A program made the translations under genes and the position numbers. The notes under the pieces were generated by a model, which worked only from the letters and a program-made list of their open reading frames with translations, was not told where the DNA came from and did no database searches. Positions 15,816-25,400 of a stretch of 64,000 nt of DNA are shown here, piece by piece; within the stretch, counting starts at the first letter, position 1, and each line of letters opens with the position of its first letter. Source of the stretch: a virus (Duplodnaviria; Caudoviricetes); the IMG/VR virus record IMGVR_UViG_3300011435_000017, positions 3,924-67,923 of that record. The stretch is one strand, 5' to 3'.

Positions 15816-17372
15816 ATGCAGATCATCGACAACAAGGCGGTGCACCTGCGGGTGCGAGACGCCGCCAAATTCGCCATCCTTCCCCACAAGCACATCGAGC
15901 CGATCGTAGGGGGCGGCTTCGACGTGTACGTGAAGTGGGGCCTCGACGAGGTGCGCGTCCTGCGCAACCTCGGCATCACCGTCCCCTCGCCGATCACGGG
16001 CCGATACAAGTGGCCCGGCCGGTTCAAGCCGATGTCGCACCAGCGCGATACGGCCGACTTCAGCACGATCCATCGCCGCTGCTTCATCTTCAACGATGCA
16101 GGCGTCGGCAAGACGATGAGCGCGCTGTGGGCGGCTGACTACTTGATCACGACGAAGCGCGTGCGGCGCGTGCTCATCGTCTGCCCCGTGTCGATCATGC
16201 ACGCCGCATGGATGAACGACTTCAACCAGAGCATCATCCACCGCAGCGCCGTCGTCGCCCACCACAGCGACGCGAAGCGCCGGGTCGCCGCGGTGCAGGG
16301 TGACTACGAGTTCGTGATCGTCAACTACGATGGGCTGCAGATCGTCGGGCATGCGATCCGCAGCGACGGCCGCTTCGACCTCGTGATCGTCGATGAGGCG
16401 AACGCCTACTCCAACGTGTCCACGCAGCGCTGGAAGGCGCTCAACTCGATCCTCACGCCGGAGACTCTCCTATGGATGATGACCGCCACCCCGGCAGCGC
16501 AATCGCCCGAGCATGCCTATGGGCTCGCGAGACTCGTGAATCCGAGCGGCGTGCCCGGCTACAAGGGAGCGTGGCGGGACAAGGTGATGGTCCGGCTGAC
16601 CCAGTTCAAATGGGCGCCGAAGATCAACGCCAAGGAGCTGGTGCACGAGGCGCTGCAGCCGGCGATCCGCTTCACCAAGGCGCAGTGCCTCGACCTGCCG
16701 CCCGTGATCGTGCAGACGCGCGACGTGGACATGACGCCGCAGCAGTCGAAGTACTACAAGCTGCTGAAGGACCAGATGGTGGCGATGGCTGCCGGCGAGA
16801 AGATCACCGCGGTCAACAAGGGGGTGATGATCAACAAGCTCCTGCAGGTGAGCGCGGGGAGCTGCCGGACTGACGACGGCGACATCATCGAGTTCGACGC
16901 GGCGCCTCGGCTCAACGTGCTGCGCGAGGTGCTGGAGGAGACGAAGAACAAGTTCCTCATCTTCACCATGTACACCGCGTCGATCGTTCGCCTGCACGAG
17001 TACCTGAACAAGATCGGCTACGTCGTGGACATCATCGACGGCAACGTGCCGATGAGCCAGCGCGGCGACATCATCAACCGGTTCCAGCATACGGATGAGA
17101 GTCAGGGCTTGGTGATCCAGCCGAAGGCGGCGGCGCACGGGTTGACCCTGACCCGGGCCGACAACGTGATCTTCTATGGCCCTCTCGACAGCGTGGAGCA
17201 TTACATCCAGTGCATCGCCCGCGCCGACCGGAAGGGACAGGTGGCCGACAAGGTGACGGTCACGCACATCCAGAACAGCCCCGTCGAGCGCGCTGCATTT
17301 CAGCGCTTGGCAGGACGGGTCAGTGAGAGTAATCTGCTCAGCCTCATGTTCGATGAGGTGGTCGCAAAGTAA
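15816..17372 (+). CDS. SNF2-like superfamily 2 helicase
   Basis: Motif I DAGVGKT, motif II DEAN, motif III MTATP, motif V HGLTL, motif VI QCIARADR-x-GQ. Confidence 0.92.
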   Translation: MQIIDNKAVHLRVRDAAKFAILPHKHIEPIVGGGFDVYVKWGLDEVRVLRNLGITVPSPITGRYKWPGRFKPMSHQRDTADFSTIHRRCFIFNDAGVGKTMSALWAADYLITTKRVRRVLIVCPVSIMHAAWMNDFNQSIIHRSAVVAHHSDAKRRVAAVQGDYEFVIVNYDGLQIVGHAIRSDGRFDLVIVDEANAYSNVSTQRWKALNSILTPETLLWMMTATPAAQSPEHAYGLARLVNPSGVPGYKGAWRDKVMVRLTQFKWAPKINAKELVHEALQPAIRFTKAQCLDLPPVIVQTRDVDMTPQQSKYYKLLKDQMVAMAAGEKITAVNKGVMINKLLQVSAGSCRTDDGDIIEFDAAPRLNVLREVLEETKNKFLIFTMYTASIVRLHEYLNKIGYVVDIIDGNVPMSQRGDIINRFQHTDESQGLVIQPKAAAHGLTLTRADNVIFYGPLDSVEHYIQCIARADRKGQVADKVTVTHIQNSPVERAAFQRLAGRVSESNLLSLMFDEVVAK

Positions 17373-17443
17373 AAAGGAGGACCCCCGAGCGCCGAACCTG
17401 CGCTTAATCATTTATAGTTCTACAAACCACAACGAGGAATCGC

Positions 17444-17878
17444 ATGAGCGAACCAACCACCGTTACGCCTGAAGAAGTGCCGCTTGAGCGGCTTGCGAAA
17501 ATGTACGTGAAGATGCGCGACAAGATTCAAGACCTGACGCGCGTCTATGAAGCAGAGGTCGAGGGCATCAAGGCCCAGCGCGATCTCGTGGCCAACGCCA
17601 TGAAGGATCGGGTGCTCGCGATGGGCGGGGGCATCAGCTCCGTCAAGACCGAGCACGGGACGATCATGCTTCGCACGGCCACGCGCTACTACGCGCAGGA
17701 CTGGGAGAGCTTCGGCAAGTTCGTCATCGAGCAGGCCGACATCAACCTCATGGAGAAGCGCATCGCCCAAGGCAACATGGGCGAGTACCTGAAGGCGCAT
17801 CCCGACGTGTCGGTCCCCGGCCTGTCGTCGATGTCCGAGATCGAAGTCACCGTTCGCCGTCCCACCGCTACCAAGTAG
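17444..17878 (+). CDS. Conserved phage replication-module protein (N-terminal coiled coil)
   Basis: Y-x-K-x-RD...SVKT-x-x-GT...DW-x-x-F-x-x-FV...LMEKRI...PG pattern, located upstream of the SSB-like gene. Confidence 0.7.
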   Translation: MSEPTTVTPEEVPLERLAKMYVKMRDKIQDLTRVYEAEVEGIKAQRDLVANAMKDRVLAMGGGISSVKTEHGTIMLRTATRYYAQDWESFGKFVIEQADINLMEKRIAQGNMGEYLKAHPDVSVPGLSSMSEIEVTVRRPTATK

Positions 17879-17901
17879 CACAACACACTCTGGAGAGAAT
17901 C

Positions 17902-18903
17902 TTGTCCAACGTCACTGTCTTTCAACCCTCTCAGCTTCCCGCGCACCTGCGTGGCGTGGCTATCTCCGAAACCGCCAAGGCTCTGGCCGGCGGTGGGCAG
18001 ACGGGCAATCGCCTGTCGATCAAGGGCGGCGTGTTCCGCCTCATCGTGGACGGCAAGGAGATCGCCGCCATCGAAGATCGCCACCTCGACGTGGTGATCG
18101 TTGCCGCAGCGGCCAAGGTCAGCCGCACGTTCTACCTCGCCAAGTACGACGCCGACAACCCGACGGCGCCGGACTGCTGGTCGCAGAACGGCGACATCCC
18201 CGACCCCACCTCGACCGCGAAGCAGGCGGCGACCTGCGCCTCGTGCCCGCAGAACGTCAAGGGCTCCGGCCAAGGCGACAGCCGCGCCTGCCGCTACGGG
18301 CAGCGCGTTGCCGTGGTGCTGGCCAACGATGTCGAGGGCGACGTGATGCAGCTCAGCCTGCCGGCGCTCAGCCTGTTCGGCAAGGCCGAGGGCGAGAACC
18401 GCCCGCTGCAGGAGTACGCCCGCTGGCTCACGGCGCAGGGGATCGACCCGACGATGCTCGTCACCCGGCTGAAGTTCGACACGAAGTCCGAGAGCCCCAA
18501 GCTCTTCTTCAAGGCCATGCGCTGGCTGGAGCAGGACGAGTTCGACATCTGCCGGGCGGCTGGCCAGTCGGCCGACGCCAAGAAGGCGATCACCATGAAC
18601 CCGGCCATGATGGACGGCGTGGGCCCGGCGGCTGCTCCGGTAGACGTTCCGGGGAACCGCCCGGCAGTAGCGGCGCCGGCACCCGCCCCGGCTGCGCCGG
18701 CCGAGGAGGTGGAGCCCCCGGCCCCGCCGCCCCGCCGGACGCGCGCAAAGGCCGCTGCAGCGCCCGCAGCGACCGCGGCGGCACCGGCACCTGCCCCGGC
18801 CGCTGCGGAGCCCGCTGAGCCCGTCCTGAAGGCCAATGGCTCGGCACCCCCGGCGGTGGCGACCGGAGCGCTGGCCGACGTGCTGGACGCTTGGGACGAC
18901 TAA
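17902..18903 (+). CDS. Putative ssDNA-binding / recombination protein
   Basis: TTG start after GGAGAG; RLSIKGGVF...PDCWS...CASCPQN-x-KGS...RAC; long Ala/Pro linker and acidic tip LDAWDD. Confidence 0.65.
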   Translation: MSNVTVFQPSQLPAHLRGVAISETAKALAGGGQTGNRLSIKGGVFRLIVDGKEIAAIEDRHLDVVIVAAAAKVSRTFYLAKYDADNPTAPDCWSQNGDIPDPTSTAKQAATCASCPQNVKGSGQGDSRACRYGQRVAVVLANDVEGDVMQLSLPALSLFGKAEGENRPLQEYARWLTAQGIDPTMLVTRLKFDTKSESPKLFFKAMRWLEQDEFDICRAAGQSADAKKAITMNPAMMDGVGPAAAPVDVPGNRPAVAAPAPAPAAPAEEVEPPAPPPRRTRAKAAAAPAATAAAPAPAPAAAEPAEPVLKANGSAPPAVATGALADVLDAWDD

Positions 18904-18911
18904 GACGGACC

Positions 18912-18935
18912 CCGGGCGCTGCTAGCAGCGCCCGG
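18912..18935. repeat. Perfect 24-bp palindrome CCGGGCGCTGCTAGCAGCGCCCGG
   Basis: The two 12-bp arms are exact reverse complements; the site is intergenic. Confidence 0.85.
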
Positions 18936-18946
18936 ACCGCCCTCCT

Positions 18947-19276
18947 ATGCAGCAGAACTACCAGAAACACGTACGGGACGCCGTGGCCACGAGCGGAGAC
19001 ACGCTCGGCCCACAGCTCGGACGCGCAGCGGTAAGGTTGGACTTTCCGGTGGCGAAGGTTGCCGCAGCTACGGGCGCCACACGCGCCACGATCTATAGCT
19101 GGTTCTACGGCAACCCCGTCTCGAATGCCTACCGCCACAACGTCACCCGCCTGATCAACATCCTCAACGACGCGCCCACCGCAGCCGTCGCTTGGAGCCG
19201 CGCATGCAAAGCCTTCCCTATCCAAACACCCTCACCGACAGTGAACTCGTCCGCATCGCCGACACCGTGCTCCTGA
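18947..19276 (+). CDS. Cro/XRE-like helix-turn-helix protein
   Basis: VAKVAAATGATRATIYSWF helix-turn-helix. Confidence 0.75.
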   Translation: MQQNYQKHVRDAVATSGDTLGPQLGRAAVRLDFPVAKVAAATGATRATIYSWFYGNPVSNAYRHNVTRLINILNDAPTAAVAWSRACKAFPIQTPSPTVNSSASPTPCS

Positions 19277-19380
19277 CCGACACGTCGCTGCCGCTGGACT
19301 GGCAGCGCGTTCTCGTCGATCGCATCGCCGACGCCGTGCCGCCTTTCAAGCCCGAGCAATCGCGCGATGGACGCTCATGA
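19204..19380 (+). CDS. Hypothetical protein (MQSLPYPNTLTDSELVR...)
   Basis: GGAG upstream, but overlaps the HTH gene by about 70 nt. Confidence 0.45.
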   Translation: MQSLPYPNTLTDSELVRIADTVLLTDTSLPLDWQRVLVDRIADAVPPFKPEQSRDGRS

Positions 19381-22213
19381 CTTCCTGACCGCAGTCCTCC
19401 CTCGCACTGGTGTCTACTGTGTCTTCGAGCTGCCGCACAGGCGGCAGGTGTTCGTCGATACGGTCGAGGCGGTGGCAGCCACCGCTGGGGGATTTGCAGC
19501 TAAGAAGCTCGACACGTACTTCGCACTCGCCTCCTTCAAGGAGAAGGGGACACGCGAAGCGGGCAACGCGCAGCTCATGCGCAGCCTGTTCATCGACATC
19601 GACATCGATCCCGACGAGGAGCAAGGGCTCTACACATCGAAGCGCGAAGCGGTCGTCGCGCTGAACACGTTCCTGCAGGAGACGCATCTCGACACGCTGG
19701 GTGCGCCGTGGCTCGTTGACTCCGGTGGCGGCGTGCACGCCTACTGGCCGCTCACCGACGACGTGCCGATCGACGAATGGAAGCCCGTCGCCGAGCGGCT
19801 GAAGCGCGCCGCGTTCGCGTGCAACTTCAAGATCGACATGAAGGTCACGGCCGACGCAGCGCGTGTGCTGCGCATGCCGGGCACGGTCAACTACAAGCAA
19901 CCGGTGCCCCGGCCGGCGGTCCTGAAGAATCGAGGCGCCACGTTCGAGCTTGCCGCGATCGCCAAGCTGCTGCCGGTAGGCGACGGGCCGACCAACGGCC
20001 ACCCGGCGTTGCCGATGCTCAACATCCCGGGCACGCGGCCGATCGTCACGGGCGCCACGCCATCGACGGCCGTGGCGCTGGCCCACCACATCGACTCCAG
20101 CTTCGATCTGCTGCTGGAGCGGTCGCTGGCAGGCACGGGTTGCCAACAGGTGAAGTGGTACTACGACCACGCCGAGCGCTCGAACATGGAGGGCGTGTGG
20201 CGCGCGATGCTGTCGATCGCGAAGTGCACCGACGAGGGCATCGACGCAGGACGCATGCTCAGCGAGTGGCATCCGTACGACGAGGAACGGCTGCAGAAGA
20301 AGTGGAAGGAGCTGAAGGGGCCGTACTCGTGCGGCGCCATCGAGTCGGAGAACCCCGGCGGCTGCGACGGTTGTCCGCACCGCGGCCAGATCACCAACCC
20401 GCTCAAGCTGGGCTGGGCGAGCGTGTCGATGCCGACGCCGGCCACGGCCACCACGCCCGCGCGCATGCCGCCCAAGGGCTTCTCGTTCGACGACGGCTGG
20501 GTGCTGCGCCTCGCTGACCGCAACGATCCGACCTCGCGGCCAATGGTGATCCTGAAGTACCAGTTCTTCCTCGAAGGCATCATGCACGAGGAGAAGAGCC
20601 ACTACGCGCGCTTCTGCAAGATCAAGACGACCAACGGCACCACCACGACCTCACGCATCAAGCTGCCGACAGCAGCAACAGCCTCACGGGAGAAGACGCT
20701 TCCGATACTTGCGGAGCAGCTCGTCACGCCGGAAGCAGGCGCCGGCCAGCACCTCTACAACTACGTGTGCGCTGCGGTGAAGCAGGTGGAGAACGACGGC
20801 AAGGTGCTGCAGGTCCCCGAGCGCTACGGCTGGCAACCCGACGCCGGCTTCGCGTTCAGTGATCGCGTCGTGTATGCGGACCCGAAGAACAACTACGTGT
20901 TCGCGTCCGAGAAGCTGAACAACATGATCGAAGGCATGGAGCCCGCGGGCACCTTCGACAACTGGCAGCGCGTGATGAAGCTGCTGTGCGACAAGGGCTA
21001 CTACGAGGTGGTGACGCTGGGGCTGATCGGCTTCGCGTCGCCGCTCATGTGGTGGGCTGCCGACAACGGCCCCAGCGCGATGGTCTTCCATGCCACCTCG
21101 TCGGCATCCGGTGTCGGCAAGACGTTGGCACTGCAGTTGGCGCGCAGCGTGTGGGGCAACGATCGGCTGGCGACATCACCGAAGACTTCCGAGACGACGA
21201 TCCTGCAGCGGGCGAGCTTCCTTGGCGGCTTGCCGACACTCATCGATGAGGTGACGACCAAGAATCGCGAGTCCGGCGGGACGTGGACGCCGAACTTCTG
21301 CTTCGATTTCTCGGAGGGGAAGCACAAGGTGAAGGGCTTCGCCAGCGGCCACCGCGAGCAAGCCAACGACCGGGGATGGCGCGGGCTGGCCTTCCTCACC
21401 AGCAACAGCCCCGTGCTTGAAGACATGCTCGCCAACCGCAAGGCCAGCGGCTACGGCGAGGTGCAGCGCTTCCTCGAATGGCGCACGGAGACGCGCCTCG
21501 AATTCACCGCTGACGAACGCGCTGTGTTGAAGCTCATCAACGGGAACTACGGGCACGCCGGGCCGCTCTTCGCCGAGTGGCTCGTGAAGAACCGCGACCT
21601 CGCGCGGAAGGTCTTCGACAAGGTGATGAAGGACTGGCACGCCGAGATCGACGCCGAAAGCGAAGAGCGCTTCTGGGTGGCGTCCGGCACGGCCATCATC
21701 ACCGCGGCGACACTGGTGGGGCCGGGCTACGCCAACATCTGCACGATCAACGTCGCGCGTGTGGTGGCGTTCCTGCGGACGCTGGTCGAAGAGTCACGCG
21801 GCATGATCATGGAGAACAGGCGCACCGCACGCGACCTGATCATCAGCTTCGTGAACGAGAACAACGGCCGGTTCGTCATGGTGGGCGCCGCCAGCAAGGT
21901 TGCCGCCCAGCTCGGAGGCACGAGCAACCTGCTCACGCCACTACCTAACACGGCCAAGGGGCCGGTGTTCGGCCGCATCGAGATCGACGTGACCCCCGGC
22001 CGCATCGACCAGTACATCACGGTGGAGGCGCTGAACAAGTTCTGCAGTGAGCGCACCAAGAGCTACAGGACGTTGAAGCAGGAGCTGGCCCAGTACGCGG
22101 CGGTGCGGGAGGTGAAGATGGACTTGTTCAAGGACACGCATGGCCCTCGCAGCCCGACGCGCTGCCTCCACATCTCGTATGCGACTGCGCCCGCCCCCGG
22201 CCCCAAGCCCTGA
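19367..22213 (+). CDS. Primase (RepB-like/AEP) fused to a DUF927-type helicase
   Basis: FIDIDID, VDSGGGVHAYW, RVLRMPGT-x-NYK; Cys cluster CGAI...CDGCPH; Walker A SGVGKT and Walker B LIDE. Confidence 0.9.
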   Translation: MDAHDFLTAVLPRTGVYCVFELPHRRQVFVDTVEAVAATAGGFAAKKLDTYFALASFKEKGTREAGNAQLMRSLFIDIDIDPDEEQGLYTSKREAVVALNTFLQETHLDTLGAPWLVDSGGGVHAYWPLTDDVPIDEWKPVAERLKRAAFACNFKIDMKVTADAARVLRMPGTVNYKQPVPRPAVLKNRGATFELAAIAKLLPVGDGPTNGHPALPMLNIPGTRPIVTGATPSTAVALAHHIDSSFDLLLERSLAGTGCQQVKWYYDHAERSNMEGVWRAMLSIAKCTDEGIDAGRMLSEWHPYDEERLQKKWKELKGPYSCGAIESENPGGCDGCPHRGQITNPLKLGWASVSMPTPATATTPARMPPKGFSFDDGWVLRLADRNDPTSRPMVILKYQFFLEGIMHEEKSHYARFCKIKTTNGTTTTSRIKLPTAATASREKTLPILAEQLVTPEAGAGQHLYNYVCAAVKQVENDGKVLQVPERYGWQPDAGFAFSDRVVYADPKNNYVFASEKLNNMIEGMEPAGTFDNWQRVMKLLCDKGYYEVVTLGLIGFASPLMWWAADNGPSAMVFHATSSASGVGKTLALQLARSVWGNDRLATSPKTSETTILQRASFLGGLPTLIDEVTTKNRESGGTWTPNFCFDFSEGKHKVKGFASGHREQANDRGWRGLAFLTSNSPVLEDMLANRKASGYGEVQRFLEWRTETRLEFTADERAVLKLINGNYGHAGPLFAEWLVKNRDLARKVFDKVMKDWHAEIDAESEERFWVASGTAIITAATLVGPGYANICTINVARVVAFLRTLVEESRGMIMENRRTARDLIISFVNENNGRFVMVGAASKVAAQLGGTSNLLTPLPNTAKGPVFGRIEIDVTPGRIDQYITVEALNKFCSERTKSYRTLKQELAQYAAVREVKMDLFKDTHGPRSPTRCLHISYATAPAPGPKP

Positions 22214-22412
22214 CACGTTCGACTGGAAGTGGGAGACGCGCCGGCCGGGCGCGTTTTTCGTTCCGAGCCTCGACCCCCACACGCTGGTGGCGCAGGGGCT
22301 CTATGCGGCCAAGCAGGCACGCGTCCGGGCCAGCGGACGCGTCTGCATCTACAAGGAAGCGCTCGGCGTGATGTTCACCGTGCGGCCACGATCGACTCAG
22401 CCGCCTTCGTGA
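22140..22412 (+). CDS. Small hypothetical protein after the primase (true start uncertain, probably near 22210)
   Basis: W...FFVPSLD...G-x-R pattern typical of a small gene following such primases; overlaps the convergent giant gene end by about 40 nt. Confidence 0.4.
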   Translation: MALAARRAASTSRMRLRPPPAPSPDTFDWKWETRRPGAFFVPSLDPHTLVAQGLYAAKQARVRASGRVCIYKEALGVMFTVRPRSTQPPS

Positions 22413-25400
22413 AGCGCATCGCCTGCGCGTTGCGCCACTTCGTGATGTAGTCGATGCGCTCGCGCTTCGCGTCGGCTGTCATGCTCGATGCCAGCACCTT
22501 CTCGCGCTCGGCCTTGGCCCGCGCCATGTCGGCACGGAAGCTGTCGTTGAGGCGCTCGGCCTGCAGGACGTTGAGGTTGTCCTCCATGTAGTCCTTCGCG
22601 GCCTTGACGCGGCCCTCCTTGACCAGCTTGTCGTACGTGTTGCCCGCCTGCTCGATCGCGTTGGCCTTCTCGTAGGCGCTCTCGACGGCGCCGCTGGCCA
22701 GCGGGTCGGCGATGAAGCCGCCCAGCAGCGGCGTCTGCGATCCGGTGCGCGTCGGCTGGCTCTTGTCGCTGAGCATCTCGTTGGCCAGCGATGCGGCCGC
22801 GATCGGCATGCCACTCAGGTAGCCGCGCACGAGGTGCTCGATCTTCAGCGGGCTCAGGCCGAACGTCTCGCCCGCCCACTTGGCCAGCTCGGTGGTGTGC
22901 TCGTTGTAGCGCAGCTCCGGCGCGAGCTTCTGCTGTGCATCTGTCTCGATGGCACGGCCCGTGTAGATGTTCTTGTTCATCATCAGCTCAAGCGCCGGCT
23001 TGACCGCCTGTGGCGCTCCGAGGCTGCTGGCGCCCGGGATCGTGTTGAACACCATCTTGCCCAGCGCCTTCATCTCCGCGTCGTCGAACCCGTGCACGGC
23101 CACCTCGGGGATCGCCTTGAAGAGCAAGCCGATCTCGAAGGGGATCGGCACCTTGAGCGTGCCCCACGGCGTCGGCACAAAGAAGTTGTTGATGCGATCG
23201 TGCGCCGTCGCGTTCTTGTACTCCTCGTTCTCCTCCATGCCCACTGCGTAGACCATCGAAAAGAGCGTCAGGCCCACCGCGTTCTTGATGAACTTCTCCC
23301 TGATCTTGAGCTGCTCCTCCATCGTCGCCTTGCCGCGCATCGCCTTGGCCAGCACGTTGAGGCCCTGAATCTGCGCGTTCATGAACGGGATCATCCGCGT
23401 GGCGTGCCGCACCGCGGGGTGGCTGCCGCGCTTGGTGAAGTTCATCATCTCGATCGCCGCCAGCTCGGCCTGCATCTCGGAGCCGGTGGCTTTGAGCGCG
23501 TCCTCATAGACCTGCACGCGCGTCGCCGCGTCGGCCCGCATCGCTGCGCGGTCGGCCATGCTGATGAACCGCGCGATCATGCCCTCGTTGCCGGTGGCGA
23601 GCTGGTGCACGATCACCGAGATGTCGTCAACGTCGCCGCTGAAAATCTGACTCTGCGTCACGCCCTTCTTCAGCAGCGCCTCGCCAGTGCGGGTCGAGCC
23701 CTTCGACTGATCGACGAACTCCTTCACCGACTTCAGCATCGCCGCCACCGGCCCGCGGTTCGCACCGCCAGTGAACGAGGCCGACATCGGATCGCGGATG
23801 AGCTGGCGGATCACGTACGCCGGGTTGCGCGTAACCCACTTGCGCAGCACGTCGCCGAAGTTGCTGGCGAGCTTGCCGAGGCCGGTCATCATCGTGTGCA
23901 CGCCCTCCAGCGACTGCACCAGCATCTCCGACGGGATGCCCTCGAACGGCGTGCCTTCGGAGGTGACGCGCACCCAGCGCTCGCCCGTGTCCTTGTCGTT
24001 GTCGGGATCGGGCTCTTGGTTGAACTTCACGATGTCGGCGCCGGCCGGCGCGTTGCCCCGCTTGATGGCGTTGACACCGGGAGGGCTCATGTTCTGCAGC
24101 CCGTACGCGACTTCCTTGGTGGCAAGGTTCGTGAGCCCCTTGTCCATCAGGAGCATCGTGTTGCGCATGATCGCTTCGTTGAGCGGCAGCAGCTTGCCCT
24201 CGTCGCCCTTGAGCGCCTGCAGGTACGGCTGCTTCCTGATGTCGCCGACACGGATGTGCGTGTTCTCGCCCATCACCAGCTCGGCGACGCCGCTGCCACC
24301 GACGCGATAGAACGGCACGTAGTCGCCGTCCTGCAGCAGCGTGGCTGCCATCTTCTTCGGGATCGCTCCGGTGTCCGCGAGGAACTGCACCATGCCCGCG
24401 TTGTAGTCGTTGTAGACCTTGCGCACGGCTTCGAGCTGCGCCTTGAGCTGCGGGCTGGCGTTGACCTCGGCCAGCATCGCCTCGCCAAGCTGGCGCGTCT
24501 GGTCGGTCGTCGCCCAGCCCAGCTTGTGCCAGCCCTTGTTGGCCGCGCGCTGCGCGACCATGTACGCCTGCGCCTTGGAGAACTTCTCGGCAGACGTGGC
24601 GCCGGGCAGCTTGTCGATCGCCGCGAACACGTCCTTGGCCGACGGACCGTGGCCCGCCTCGACCGTGTGGAAGCCCTTGGCATCCTTCTTCAGCTTCGGC
24701 CCGCCATGCACGAGCACCGCGTGGACCTGTGCCATGCGCGCGTCGGCCTTGCGCACGTAGTACTGAGACTGCTGAAACGCGTGCTTGTCGCCCTTGCTCA
24801 GCGCCTTCAGGATCGGCGCCCGCTGATCGACGGCCAGCATCTCGGCATAGAGGCCGGCGTTGATGTCCGTGACCGCCTGCTTGAGGCCGGTCTTGGTCGC
24901 CTTCGCGTTGAGCTGCGCGCTGAACGCATCCATCGCGTTCGCAGGTGCGCGTGCGGCAGCCGCTGGCGTGGTCGTTCCAATCAGGTCGTTGAGCGCTGCA
25001 GCTTCCGCCGCGGTGAACTTGCGCGCCGGCTGGAACAGGCGCTCGACATCGGCCAGCGCCTTCGCACTGCCGGTCTTCACGCCGAAGAACTGCAGCACCG
25101 CCTGCTTGATGCGGTTCCACAGGCCGGGCTTGCGCGCATCGATCTTGTCGCGCAGCTCCTTGTTCGACAGCACCTCCGAGGCCAGCTCGGCGATGTTCGT
25201 CGTGCCGTACTCGCGCTTGAAGCTGGGGTCGTTCTTGAGCTGCGTGAGCAACCCTTCCAGTCCCTTGAGCGCGTTGCGTTGCTCGCGCGTCAGCGATGAC
25301 GGAGGCGTCACCATCGACTTCATCGTGACGCCGTGACCCAGCTCGTGGATCAGGTTCTCCTCGCTCAGCATGAGCGGATGGATCGTGACGGTGTTCGACT

